Shown: one piece after another, positions 11,699-20,582 of the stretch
How the letters are laid out: each line of letters begins with the position of its first letter
Position numbering within the stretch: the stretch's first letter is position 1
Assembly (NCBI GenBank): GCA_016931415.1
Contig: JAFGEW010000027.1
Span: 4,550-68,549 of the forward strand
Direction of reading: 5' to 3'
Origin: Verrucomicrobiota bacterium
GTDB lineage: Bacteria > Auribacterota > JABMQX01 > JAFGEW01
DNA length: 64,000 nucleotides
The notes under the pieces: model-generated
What the model was told of the DNA's origin: nothing
Database searches by the model: none
What the model saw: only the letters and a program-made list of their open reading frames with translations
Position numbers and translations under genes: made by a program

Positions 11699-12772
11699 AT
11701 GCCGTCTCAATCGGACCACGGCGAGACCGCCGCCGGCCACCTGCAGCCTCAGGAACCACTCTCCCAGATCCCCGTCCTCCACATCCGTGCCCGCACGCTG
11801 CCCGAGGCGTGGGAACGCGCCGTCGCCGAGACCTGGCGAACGGGCGCCGCCATATGCACCCAGTACGACAAGCCCGGCGACCCGCCTAGCCGTGACGCCA
11901 CCGTCGTGATCGAGATCGCCGAGCCGCTCGGCGAGCCGCGCCTGCACCGTAGCTTCCCCGCCGGGCTCGAGGAGCTGGAGATCTACGTGCAGGAGGTCGT
12001 CTGGGGCGTGCACGACTCGTGGATTCGTCCGGACCAAGGCAAGTGGTCCTACACCTACCACCAGCGCCTGTTCGCCTACGACGTGATCGCCGATTTCCGG
12101 GACTCGCCCACGGGCGGCCCGTTCGGCGCCGTTGACCAAGTAGCTGCCGTGGTCGACGAGCTCGCCGCGTGCGGCTACACGCGCCGTGCCCAAGCGATTA
12201 CCTGGATGCCGACCGTTGACCTCGGCCACGCCGAGCCGCCGTGCCTCCAGCGCGTCTGGTGCCGGCTGATCGATGCTGCCCCCGCGCACCGCACTGACGA
12301 GGCCCCGCGCCTGGTGATGAACACACACTGGCGCTCGCGGGACGGCTACAAAGCGGCCTTCATGAACATGGTAGCGCTCACCACGCTCCAGGCCGAGATC
12401 GCCCGCCGGCTCGCCGAGCGCCTTGGCCGGCCCGTCGAACTCGGCCGCTACGTCGACATCTCCGACAGCTTCCACATCTACGGGAGCTACTTCGGCGAGA
12501 TCGAACGCAGCTTCCTCGCCCTCATGGCGCAGCGCTCGTTCGACGAGCGCACCTGGCGCACCGACGATGTGGCCGACCTGCTCCTCATGGGGCGCGTGCA
12601 GCTTCTCAACGGCAAACCTGGTGAACCGCCCGTCTCCGACAACGACGCGGCGCGTCTGTACTCAAGCCTTCCCCCATCGCACCGATGCTTAGTGGAGGAA
12701 TCGGTGCGCACCCGCATCGAGCGCGCACAGGCCGGCCCCCGCGCCGCAGGCGCAGGCGACGCCGGACTGTGA
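11699..12772 (+). CDS. Thymidylate synthase / dCMP-hydroxymethylase superfamily enzyme; divergent, with a 60-aa N-terminal extension.
   Basis: Active-site Cys (PPCLQRVWCRL) aligns with ThyA PPCHAFFQFYV. WRSRD aligns with QRSCD, FMNMVAL with FNIASYAL and DISDSFHIYGSY with GDTHLYSNH. ATG at 11699 sits 7 nt after GGGAGG. Confidence 0.65.
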   Translation: MPSQSDHGETAAGHLQPQEPLSQIPVLHIRARTLPEAWERAVAETWRTGAAICTQYDKPGDPPSRDATVVIEIAEPLGEPRLHRSFPAGLEELEIYVQEVVWGVHDSWIRPDQGKWSYTYHQRLFAYDVIADFRDSPTGGPFGAVDQVAAVVDELAACGYTRRAQAITWMPTVDLGHAEPPCLQRVWCRLIDAAPAHRTDEAPRLVMNTHWRSRDGYKAAFMNMVALTTLQAEIARRLAERLGRPVELGRYVDISDSFHIYGSYFGEIERSFLALMAQRSFDERTWRTDDVADLLLMGRVQLLNGKPGEPPVSDNDAARLYSSLPPSHRCLVEESVRTRIERAQAGPRAAGAGDAGL

Positions 12773-12866
12773 CCGGAGTGCTCTGCGACAGCTAGACGGA
12801 TTGGACAACACGAGACACCAGCACCATGCCGGCTCAGACGAAGCGTCGGCGAGCCCGAGCGTATCC

Positions 12867-14039
12867 ATGGCAACACGAGCCCAGGTTCTCATCATCGACG
12901 CCGACGTGACCACGCTGGAGGCGCTCCGCGTCGGCTTGGCGAAAAACGGCTTCACCGTCGAGGCCCATGCCGACGCCCATGAGGCCTACCGGGCGCTGGC
13001 GGCCCGGCCGTTCGACGTCGTCATCGCCAGCCTCGGCGTGCCCCAGGCCGAGGGCCGCAAACTGCTCGAACGCGTCAAGCAGGGCGACCCGACCGTGCCG
13101 GTCATTTTCCTGGCCAACGGCTCGGCCTGCTCGTCCGCGGTCGAGGCGCTGCGACAAGGCGCCTTCGATATCGTCGAGGGGCCCATCCGCGTACCCAAGG
13201 TCCGATCGCTTGTCGAGCGCGCCATCGAGGTGCGCCGCTTGCGCGAGGAAGTGGCCCGCCTGCGTGCAGAAATGCTCGCCGGCACCTGCCCCGACGAGCT
13301 CATCGGCCAAAGCCCCCCCCTCGTCGCCGTCCTCGAGGCGATCCGGCGTGCAGCGGCCGACACAGGCTGCGTGTTGCTCTGCGGCGCGCCGGGCACCGGC
13401 AAAGAGCTGGCGGCCCGCACCATTCACCGGCTCAGCACCCGGGCAAGCAAACCGTTTGTTGCCGTCGACTGCGCCGCCCTCAACGAGGCCTTCGTCGAGA
13501 GCGAGCTTTTCGGCCACGTGCGAGGCGCCTTCCCCGGCGCCTTCGCCGACCACGCCAGCCTGATCGAGACCGCGGATGGCGGCACGTTGTTCCTCAACTC
13601 GATCGACGTGCTGTCGAAAGCGGCCCAAGTACGCCTGCTCAAGGTCATCGACGAGCGCGTGATCCGTCCGCTCGGCTCGACCGCGTCGCGCCCCGTCGAG
13701 GCCCGGCTCGTGGCCGGCACCGCAACCGATCCTGCAACCGCCGCCGGCCGCCGCCGAGTCCGGGAGGATCTTCTTGCCCGCCTGAGCACGGTGCGCATCG
13801 CCCTTCCCGAGCTCAAGGAGCGGTCCGAGGACATCCCGCTACTCGCCAATTTCTTCGCCAAGACCATGGGCGCACGCCTCGGCACCCCGCCGCCTGCAAT
13901 CTCGCCCAAGGCGATGGCAATCCTCATGGATCGGCCCTGGCCAGGCAACGTCCGACAACTGCGCGACGTGGTTGAGCGCGCCGCCCTTCTGACCGACAGC
14001 GCTCAGATCTGCCCAGAACACCTCGGCGAGCCAACCTAG
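12867..14039 (+). CDS. Sigma-54-dependent response regulator (REC + AAA+ sigma-54 interaction domain). It ends at TAG before any DNA-binding domain.
   Basis: REC domain (VLIIDADV...DVVIASLGVP); Walker A GAPGTGKE; ESELFGHVRGAFPGA; GNVRQLRDVVERA. See the finding on the in-frame extension 14040..14279. Confidence 0.8.
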   Translation: MATRAQVLIIDADVTTLEALRVGLAKNGFTVEAHADAHEAYRALAARPFDVVIASLGVPQAEGRKLLERVKQGDPTVPVIFLANGSACSSAVEALRQGAFDIVEGPIRVPKVRSLVERAIEVRRLREEVARLRAEMLAGTCPDELIGQSPPLVAVLEAIRRAAADTGCVLLCGAPGTGKELAARTIHRLSTRASKPFVAVDCAALNEAFVESELFGHVRGAFPGAFADHASLIETADGGTLFLNSIDVLSKAAQVRLLKVIDERVIRPLGSTASRPVEARLVAGTATDPATAAGRRRVREDLLARLSTVRIALPELKERSEDIPLLANFFAKTMGARLGTPPPAISPKAMAILMDRPWPGNVRQLRDVVERAALLTDSAQICPEHLGEPT

Positions 14040-14648
14040 CCGGCCGGCACATTCAGGCGCGGCCTGGAAGGCGCGACGTTCATCGGCTCGTTCGAGTCCC
14101 TCGACGTCACCACACCATACGAGGGCGTCCGCGATGTCATCGTGCGCGCCAGCGCCCTCTGCCACGGCATGTCGCGCTCGATCCTGGCCACGCCGGGCGT
14201 CGAGCTCGAGTTTTCCGAGGGTCTTCGACCACATGAACTTCGTGAACTGCTGGAGCCCCCTCAACGACTCGCTCGATGAAGGGGAAAGAGGATCCCGGCC
14301 TCGACGGCCTGACAAGTATCGGCGACTTGGGCGAGGGCGACGGCCCGGGAGAGAGAGCCGGCCATGGCTCACAGGGCAAGCCACGACCTCGACGACCTGA
14401 TCGGCGCCCTTGTCATCGGCGGAGTCAGCCTCGTCGGCTTCCTCCTGCTCCGCGGCCGCGATTGGACGTGACGTCGTCGCCCGAGCGCACGCCCACGCCC
14501 TGTCGCGCGGCGCGGCCACTCGGGTTGGCTTTGACCCCGCGCGGCGAGCAAGATACACTCCTGCCGGCCGACTCATGTGAACAGAGCGACCGTCCAGGCG
14601 TCCTAACGTTCAGCGCATCTCGGACCCTGAGCAGGACAACTCGCTATC

Positions 14649-15653
14649 ATGCCGACGATCACCGCCCACATCTCACGCCCCTGGTTGCCCTGGTTCATCT
14701 GTCTCGTGGCCATCAGCACGACCGGCGCGGCCTCCGAGACGCAACAGCCCGCCGAGACCGTCCCGGCCCGACTGCTGGCCTGGGTACTCGAGCCAGGCGA
14801 GGCACGCGGCCACACCGTCGAGATCGAGCTCGACACACGGTTGGCCATCACGCAAGGCAGCGAGGCCATGCGGCGCCACACGGCCATCGTTGCCTCGTTT
14901 CAGATCGAATCGCTCGGCCTGCGCCGCCGCCAGATCGACGAATACGTCGTCGAGGACTGCGTCCATGATTTTCAGCTCGCCGTCCTTACCACGGCCGACG
15001 ACACGACCACCGAGGTGACCATGGATCGGACAGGCCTCACGGCGCGGCAAGGGCGTGGACAGCCCCACACCGCGCCGTGGGCCGATGTGCCGCGCGGTCA
15101 CGGCGGGGAGATCGGCGAGTTGCTCGGCCGCGGGATGACCAACACGATCAACCGCTGTGGCACGGCGCTGGCTGTCGACGCCCGCATGAAGCCATGGGAG
15201 CGTGTGCTTGACTGTATGGACCTGACACCCTTGCTGCTGCCGCTGGTTCCGCTGCCAGACAGCGCCGTCGAACTGGGCACAACATGGACGGTGACCGGCC
15301 GGCGCCAGGTGCAGCTCTCGTGGCCCTGGGGCTCGATCGAGCTCGAAACCCGCACCGAGGTCAAGGTCCGCGCCTTCGAGCGCCAGGGCGACCGCGACGT
15401 GGTGCGCCTCAGCTTCATGGCCGTCACCAAGCCGGCCGAGGAGCAGGTGCGCCTCAGATACGCCCTGACGCTACGCGGCGAGGTTGTGCTCGGGCTCGAC
15501 GGCACCGTCGTCGGCGGCGAGGCGGACATAACGCTCGCCGCCTCGACCACGGTCATCGATGCCGTGCACGAGCTGGCTGGCGCGGGCACACTCCGCTTTC
15601 GCGGCGCGCCCGGAGCGCCGATCCCGCCCCAGAACGAGCGCAACAGCGATTAG
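14649..15653 (+). CDS. Hypothetical secreted protein.
   Basis: Signal peptide (WLPWFICLVAISTTGAAS). 334-aa ORF with no recognised motif. Confidence 0.45.
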   Translation: MPTITAHISRPWLPWFICLVAISTTGAASETQQPAETVPARLLAWVLEPGEARGHTVEIELDTRLAITQGSEAMRRHTAIVASFQIESLGLRRRQIDEYVVEDCVHDFQLAVLTTADDTTTEVTMDRTGLTARQGRGQPHTAPWADVPRGHGGEIGELLGRGMTNTINRCGTALAVDARMKPWERVLDCMDLTPLLLPLVPLPDSAVELGTTWTVTGRRQVQLSWPWGSIELETRTEVKVRAFERQGDRDVVRLSFMAVTKPAEEQVRLRYALTLRGEVVLGLDGTVVGGEADITLAASTTVIDAVHELAGAGTLRFRGAPGAPIPPQNERNSD

Positions 15654-15669
15654 ACGGCGCGCGCCGTCC

Positions 15670-16227
15670 TCACTCGGCCGTGATGGCGGTCGGCGAGGTC
15701 CACACCGTCCCAATCCAGGCCGGCGTGCCCCCGCCGGGGAGCGGCTCGTCCTTGACCGTGTAGAAGAACACCACGCGGTACTCCCCTGGCTGGGAGAAGC
15801 TGTAATACGGCGCGATACGCACCACCTCGTTCGCGCTGGTGAAGTCGCCGAGTTGAGGCGCATACAGCTCGCCCTGGACGTCCTTCGGCGCAAGCGCGAC
15901 CGAGGTGATCTGACCATCGGGGGCCTTGATGGCCGCGCTGAGAAATGTGTACACGATGCCGTCGGGCGTCTCGATGCCGAGCGGCAGCGCGCGCGGCGTT
16001 TTCGATGCATTGTACAGGAGCACATTGAACTCCACGTCGCCGCCGGTTTGGATGGTCGTCCAGGCCGGGCGGGCCTGGAGCTTCACCGAGCGGTCCTTGG
16101 GCGGGCGGAACTCCTCGCCGAAAAACTGCTCAAGGTCGGTTCTCTCGTCCAGCGGCTTGTCCTTGCGCCCGCAACCGCACAAGACGGCCACCACGGCAAT
16201 CACACAGATCATCGTTCGCCAGATCAT
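15670..16227 (-). CDS. Hypothetical lipoprotein.
   Basis: Lipobox-like N-terminus (VIAVVAVLCGCG). Start overlaps the archaemetzincin stop by 4 nt, which suggests translational coupling. Confidence 0.5.
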   Translation of the reverse strand: MIWRTMICVIAVVAVLCGCGRKDKPLDERTDLEQFFGEEFRPPKDRSVKLQARPAWTTIQTGGDVEFNVLLYNASKTPRALPLGIETPDGIVYTFLSAAIKAPDGQITSVALAPKDVQGELYAPQLGDFTSANEVVRIAPYYSFSQPGEYRVVFFYTVKDEPLPGGGTPAWIGTVWTSPTAITAE

Positions 16228-17195
16228 GGTTCCTCCACACCTCTTGTTGTGGCTGCACGCACGCCCGGAGCGCCGGCAAGACGCTCGCGCACGAGGCGCG
16301 CATCCAATGTGAATCCAAGTTGGTCGTATAGAGCCGCCAGCCGTTCGAACCGCACCGTCGGATCAAAGGCAAGCGCATGACGCAGTTTATCATGACACAG
16401 CGGGCAGTAGTGTAACGGCTGGCCGTCGCTTTCACCGAGCGAATTGCTCCCGTTCATACAGCAGGCGTAGAAGATGCAGTGCCGCAGACCGAAGACGTGG
16501 CCGGTCTCGTGCGCGAAACTCTTGACCGCCCGGTGCAGGAACTCGGGCGTGTCCGGCTCCCCGTTGCGCCCCAGCGCAATGATCGCGACCCGCCTGCGCA
16601 AGCTGGCCAGACCGAATACGAAGTCGAGCTCGCCGCTGTAAAGGTCGGCCATGGTCACCCCAACCACGGCGAGCGCATCGTCGGGCGCGACGCGCGCCAG
16701 CCGGGTGAGCACGTCGGCCGCATTGTACTGCTTGCGCCGGTGGATGTAGGACGCCTCGGGCAGTCGAACGGGCCGGAGCACGGTGACGCGGCAATCGAAG
16801 AACACCCGCGCAAACGCGGCGAGCTGTGTCACCACCCGCTGCGTCGCCGCGTCCATCGGCCCGCACGGCAGAATGTAAATCGTCTGGCGCTGATCGGACT
16901 TGAGGTTGCCCGCCGTCCGGACGAACTCCTCGTACGTCTGCCCGGGCTCGACCACAATCGAACGCCACTCGCCCGGCTTCGGCTCGCCGAGCTTACGCCA
17001 TTCGCTCTGAGCATACTCGGCATAGACAAGCGCTGTGCGCTGCTCGGCCGTCAGCGGCGCGCTCGGACGCGCCGCCTGCCCGGCCGCACGCAGGAAGCCC
17101 CACCCGATCGCGATGCACGCGATCAGTCCCACCAGCCTGAGCAACAAGCCCGGCCGGACGGCTCGGTGGAACGTCGTGAGACGCTCAGACATGGA
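16224..17195 (-). CDS. amzA: Archaemetzincin-like zinc metallopeptidase.
   Basis: HETGHVFGLRHCIFYACCMNGSNSLGESDGQPLHYCPLCHDKL matches the archaemetzincin HExxHxxGxxHCxxxxCxM...CxxC signature. N-terminal TM anchor present. Confidence 0.7.
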   Translation of the reverse strand, partial: SMSERLTTFHRAVRPGLLLRLVGLIACIAIGWGFLRAAGQAARPSAPLTAEQRTALVYAEYAQSEWRKLGEPKPGEWRSIVVEPGQTYEEFVRTAGNLKSDQRQTIYILPCGPMDAATQRVVTQLAAFARVFFDCRVTVLRPVRLPEASYIHRRKQYNAADVLTRLARVAPDDALAVVGVTMADLYSGELDFVFGLASLRRRVAIIALGRNGEPDTPEFLHRAVKSFAHETGHVFGLRHCIFYACCMNGSNSLGESDGQPLHYCPLCHDKLRHALAFDPTVRFERLAALYDQLGFTLDARLVRERLAGAPGVRAATTRGVEEP

Positions 17196-17337
17196 CATTG
17201 TCCTTGACTGCGTCTGGGGCACCAAATAGGTTGGGGCCGCGTTGCCATCTCTGAACGGATGATGCTATCATATATATATGATGCGTGTCCCGCCAACGCA
17301 AGTTGGGGGTGCGCATCGTGCTGCAAAGGAGATCGCC

Positions 17338-17562
17338 ATGGAGACAAAGATCCGCGAAGTGATCGAAAACCAGATTCGGCCCCTGCTGCAACGCGACGGA
17401 GGGGATATTGAATTCGTCGGCATGGACGACAAGACGGTGAAGGTCCGCCTCCGGGGGGCGTGCGCCGGGTGCCCCGCCTCGCAGATGACACTGCAGTTCG
17501 GCGTCGAACGCCTGCTGCGCGAGGAAGTGCCGGAGATCGAACGCGTGGTCGCGGTCGCCTGA
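17338..17562 (+). CDS. NifU-like (Nfu-type) Fe-S cluster scaffold domain protein.
   Basis: IREVIENQIRPLLQRDGGDIEFVGMDDKTVKVRLRGACAGCPASQMTL carries the Nfu C-terminal domain with its CxxC motif. Confidence 0.7.
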   Translation: METKIREVIENQIRPLLQRDGGDIEFVGMDDKTVKVRLRGACAGCPASQMTLQFGVERLLREEVPEIERVVAVA

Positions 17563-17590
17563 GCGGCCGCGTAGAGGGAGGGAGTCGGCG

Positions 17591-18205
17591 ATGGCCTTGA
17601 CGTTGTTTCGATGGATTCACGTGATGGCCGCGGCGCTCTGGCTGGGCAGCCTTGTGTTCATCATCGTGGTCATGCGTGCCCCTGTGCAGGAGCTCGGGCG
17701 GCACACGACGCTCGATCCGATGCTCGTGCGCTTCCGCGCGCGCTTCAAAGGGATGCTCATTGCCACGGCCGTGGCGCTGGTCGTCTCCGGCATCGGCGCC
17801 CTCGCCGTACAGCATGTGCCGCCGAAAGCGTTCTATGTGGTCCTCATCATCGCCAAGATCCTGTTGAGCAGCGGCGTCATCGCGTTGTTCTGGTACGTCG
17901 CCTTCGTCCGACAGGAACCGCGCAAGCGTCTCCCCGAGGCCGTTGACTCGCCGCAGACCACACCGGCCGCCGGCGAAGGCGTGCCGTCGGGCGAGGCGAT
18001 CGAGGACGCCGACTTCTTTTTCCGTCCCAAGCCGCATCAGGCTTCCGTGCAGTGGTGGATTGTCGGCGCCACTGCCGCCGCCGTCCTGCTCGGCCTCGTC
18101 GCCGCCCACAAGGGCACGGGCCTCGCCGAGCAGCGCAAAGAGCAGCAGCGCAAGGCGCGTGCGACTGAGCAGCCGCAGGAACAGAAACCGAATCCGAACG
18201 AGTAG
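17591..18205 (+). CDS. Hypothetical integral membrane protein (4 predicted TM helices).
   Basis: Hydrophobic helices, with no family assignable from sequence alone. Confidence 0.5.
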   Translation: MALTLFRWIHVMAAALWLGSLVFIIVVMRAPVQELGRHTTLDPMLVRFRARFKGMLIATAVALVVSGIGALAVQHVPPKAFYVVLIIAKILLSSGVIALFWYVAFVRQEPRKRLPEAVDSPQTTPAAGEGVPSGEAIEDADFFFRPKPHQASVQWWIVGATAAAVLLGLVAAHKGTGLAEQRKEQQRKARATEQPQEQKPNPNE

Positions 18206-18221
18206 CGCAACGAGTCTTGTA

Positions 18222-18270
18222 CGCGGCACCCTGCCGTCATCGGGTGATGATGACACGGTGCCGCGTTTTT
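18222..18270 (+). terminator. Rho-independent terminator downstream of the membrane protein gene.
   Basis: cgcggcacc ... ggtgccgcg stem with an inner ccgtcatc/gatgacacgg pairing, followed by TTTTT. Confidence 0.6.
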
Positions 18271-18749
18271 CATTTCGACGCGTGCCCCGCAACACCACGC
18301 CAGCGTCGTACAACCCGCGCCCGCGCGCCGCACTCGTTTTCTCGACGAGCAGCCGTGATGCTGTCGCGTTGCCGCTGCGATGCAGCTCACACTCGGTACA
18401 CTTCTTGCTTTCTGAGCAGGCTTGCTTCGCGCGACCGCGAACATCACGTGATCGGCACCGCACAATGAGCATGCACGCTTTCGTCGAGCTCCAAACGCTT
18501 CCGACCCGAGCGCCCGGCGCGATGCACGGCGTTGCCCAACGGATCGCCACGATCGTTGCCCGGTGTCCTCGCGCACGAGGCGCGCGGTGCACGCCCGCCG
18601 CGGACGGCGTTATCTTCCCGTCGAGAAACCACACCATCGCAATGGCAGCCGCACAGGCGCCCGCGCGGCGTTTTCACGCGGAGCGTGAGGACCGTCGCTT
18701 GCATGCCCCGTGCGCTGCCGTGTGCTCTCCAATACGCGAGACAGAGAAA

Positions 18750-18765
18750 AAACGTGTTGACACGT
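18750..18765 (+). promoter_or_regulatory. Palindromic operator AACGTGT-TG-ACACGTT overlapping a TTGACA -35-like hexamer.
   Basis: Perfect 7-2-7 inverted repeat seen directly. It lies about 135 nt upstream of the mini-ORF. Confidence 0.4.
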
Positions 18766-18901
18766 TGAACTTGTGCACTCTACAAGCGTGATGGTTGCAC
18801 GTGTCCGCGCGGCGCGGCCTCGTGCGAGGTCTTTGAAAGCAGATTGACCGCACTCCTTCCCGATTATTACAACGCCAGTCGAAAGGAGGTGAGCGCGTAC
18901 A

Positions 18902-18982
18902 ATGGCGAAGAAGAAAGCGAAGAAGAAGGTCGCCAAGAAGACCGCAAAGAAGAAGGCGAAGAAGAAGGCCAAGAAAAAGTAG
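18902..18982 (+). CDS. 26-aa lysine/alanine-rich mini-protein MAKKKAKKKVAKKTAKKKAKKKAKKK.
   Basis: AAAGGAGGTG SD ends about 8 nt before the ATG. TAG-TAA double stop. A rho-independent terminator follows about 90 nt downstream. Below the ORF-track length cutoff. Confidence 0.4.
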   Translation: MAKKKAKKKVAKKTAKKKAKKKAKKK

Positions 18983-19073
18983 TAAGGCCTTCCGAAGCCG
19001 CCTTCGAACACGTGTTGGCTGCGGATCGTGTCAGCACCAGGTCATTCGCAGCCGCGCTGTTCAAGGATCGCAG

Positions 19074-19104
19074 CCCCGTGGCATCAGTCACGGGGCTCGT
19101 TTTT
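19074..19104 (+). terminator. Rho-independent terminator.
   Basis: ccccgtg-gcatcagt-cacgggg hairpin followed by ctcgTTTTTTgcg. Confidence 0.6.
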
Positions 19105-19379
19105 TGCGCTCCTCTTCTGCACTGGAGCTGTCTCGCCCTGCGCACCCCGCTTCTCTCGTCGGGCGCACCGGATCCACCCCAGCACTCGGCCTGCTGCAAG
19201 GTCGCCCCCCGGCGACTCCAACAAGACTCTGAAGCCCCGCACCACGATGACGGGGACGCCATCATCAAGCGGATGGACGCGTGCAGGTCCTCAATCGACG
19301 AGCATGTGGACGCCGGCTACAGGCGGCCTCGTCCGGCCTGCGCGCGGCTGCCTTGCGCGCCTGACCACCGGCATGCTAG

Positions 19380-19760
<381 letters not shown>

Positions 19761-19763
19761 ACC

Positions 19764-20582
19764 ATGACTGACACGGTCTTGCGCGCCGACGCCTTGAGCG
19801 TCGGCTATCACGGCCGCCCGGTGCTCCACGCCATCTCGTTTGGCGTGCGCGAGGGCGAGTTCTGCGGCCTGCTCGGGCCGAACGGCTCAGGCAAGAGCAC
19901 GCTGCTCAAGGTGCTCGCCGGTCTGCTACGCCCATGGTCGGGCCGCGCCGAGCTGTTCGGCACCGACGTGCACGTGCTCTCGCCCAGGGCGATCGCCCGC
20001 CGCGTCGCCGTCATCCCCCAGGGTGTGAGCATGCTGTTCCCGTTCACGGTCGAGGAGATCGTCGCCATGGGGCGCCATCCGCACCTCGGCCGATTCCAGC
20101 GCGAAGGCCGCTTCGACCGTGACGCCGTCCGGCGCGCGCTTCACGAGACGGATACCGCCGCGCTCGTGGGCCGGCCTGTTGACGAGCTCTCCGGCGGCGA
20201 GCGCCAACGTGTCGTCATCGCCCGCGCGCTTGCCCAGGAGCCGGAGCTGCTGCTCCTTGACGAACCGACGACTCACCTCGACATCAACCATCAGGTCGAA
20301 GTCTTTGAGCTGCTCGCCCGCCTCAATCGCGAGCGTGGGCTTACGGTGCTTGCCATCTCGCACGACGTCAATGTCTGCGCCGAATACTGCCGCCGCCTCC
20401 TCGTGCTCAAGGACGGCCGCCTCGTCGGCGACGGCACACCGGCCGTGCTGCTCACGCCCGAGCTCGTGAGCCACGTCTACGGCGCGCCGGTCCACGTCCT
20501 CGCCAACCCGACCAGCGGTGCGCCCCTCGTCGCCGTCGACTCGTCTCGCGTCGGTGCCGATTCCCCCCGGGGCCGGCCATGA
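19764..20582 (+). CDS. ABC transporter ATP-binding protein (FecE/BtuD/HmuV-like).
   Basis: Walker A GPNGSGKST; signature LSGGERQRVVIARAL; Walker B LLLLDEPTTHLD. Starts 3 nt after the glnB stop. Confidence 0.85.
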   Translation: MTDTVLRADALSVGYHGRPVLHAISFGVREGEFCGLLGPNGSGKSTLLKVLAGLLRPWSGRAELFGTDVHVLSPRAIARRVAVIPQGVSMLFPFTVEEIVAMGRHPHLGRFQREGRFDRDAVRRALHETDTAALVGRPVDELSGGERQRVVIARALAQEPELLLLDEPTTHLDINHQVEVFELLARLNRERGLTVLAISHDVNVCAEYCRRLLVLKDGRLVGDGTPAVLLTPELVSHVYGAPVHVLANPTSGAPLVAVDSSRVGADSPRGRP

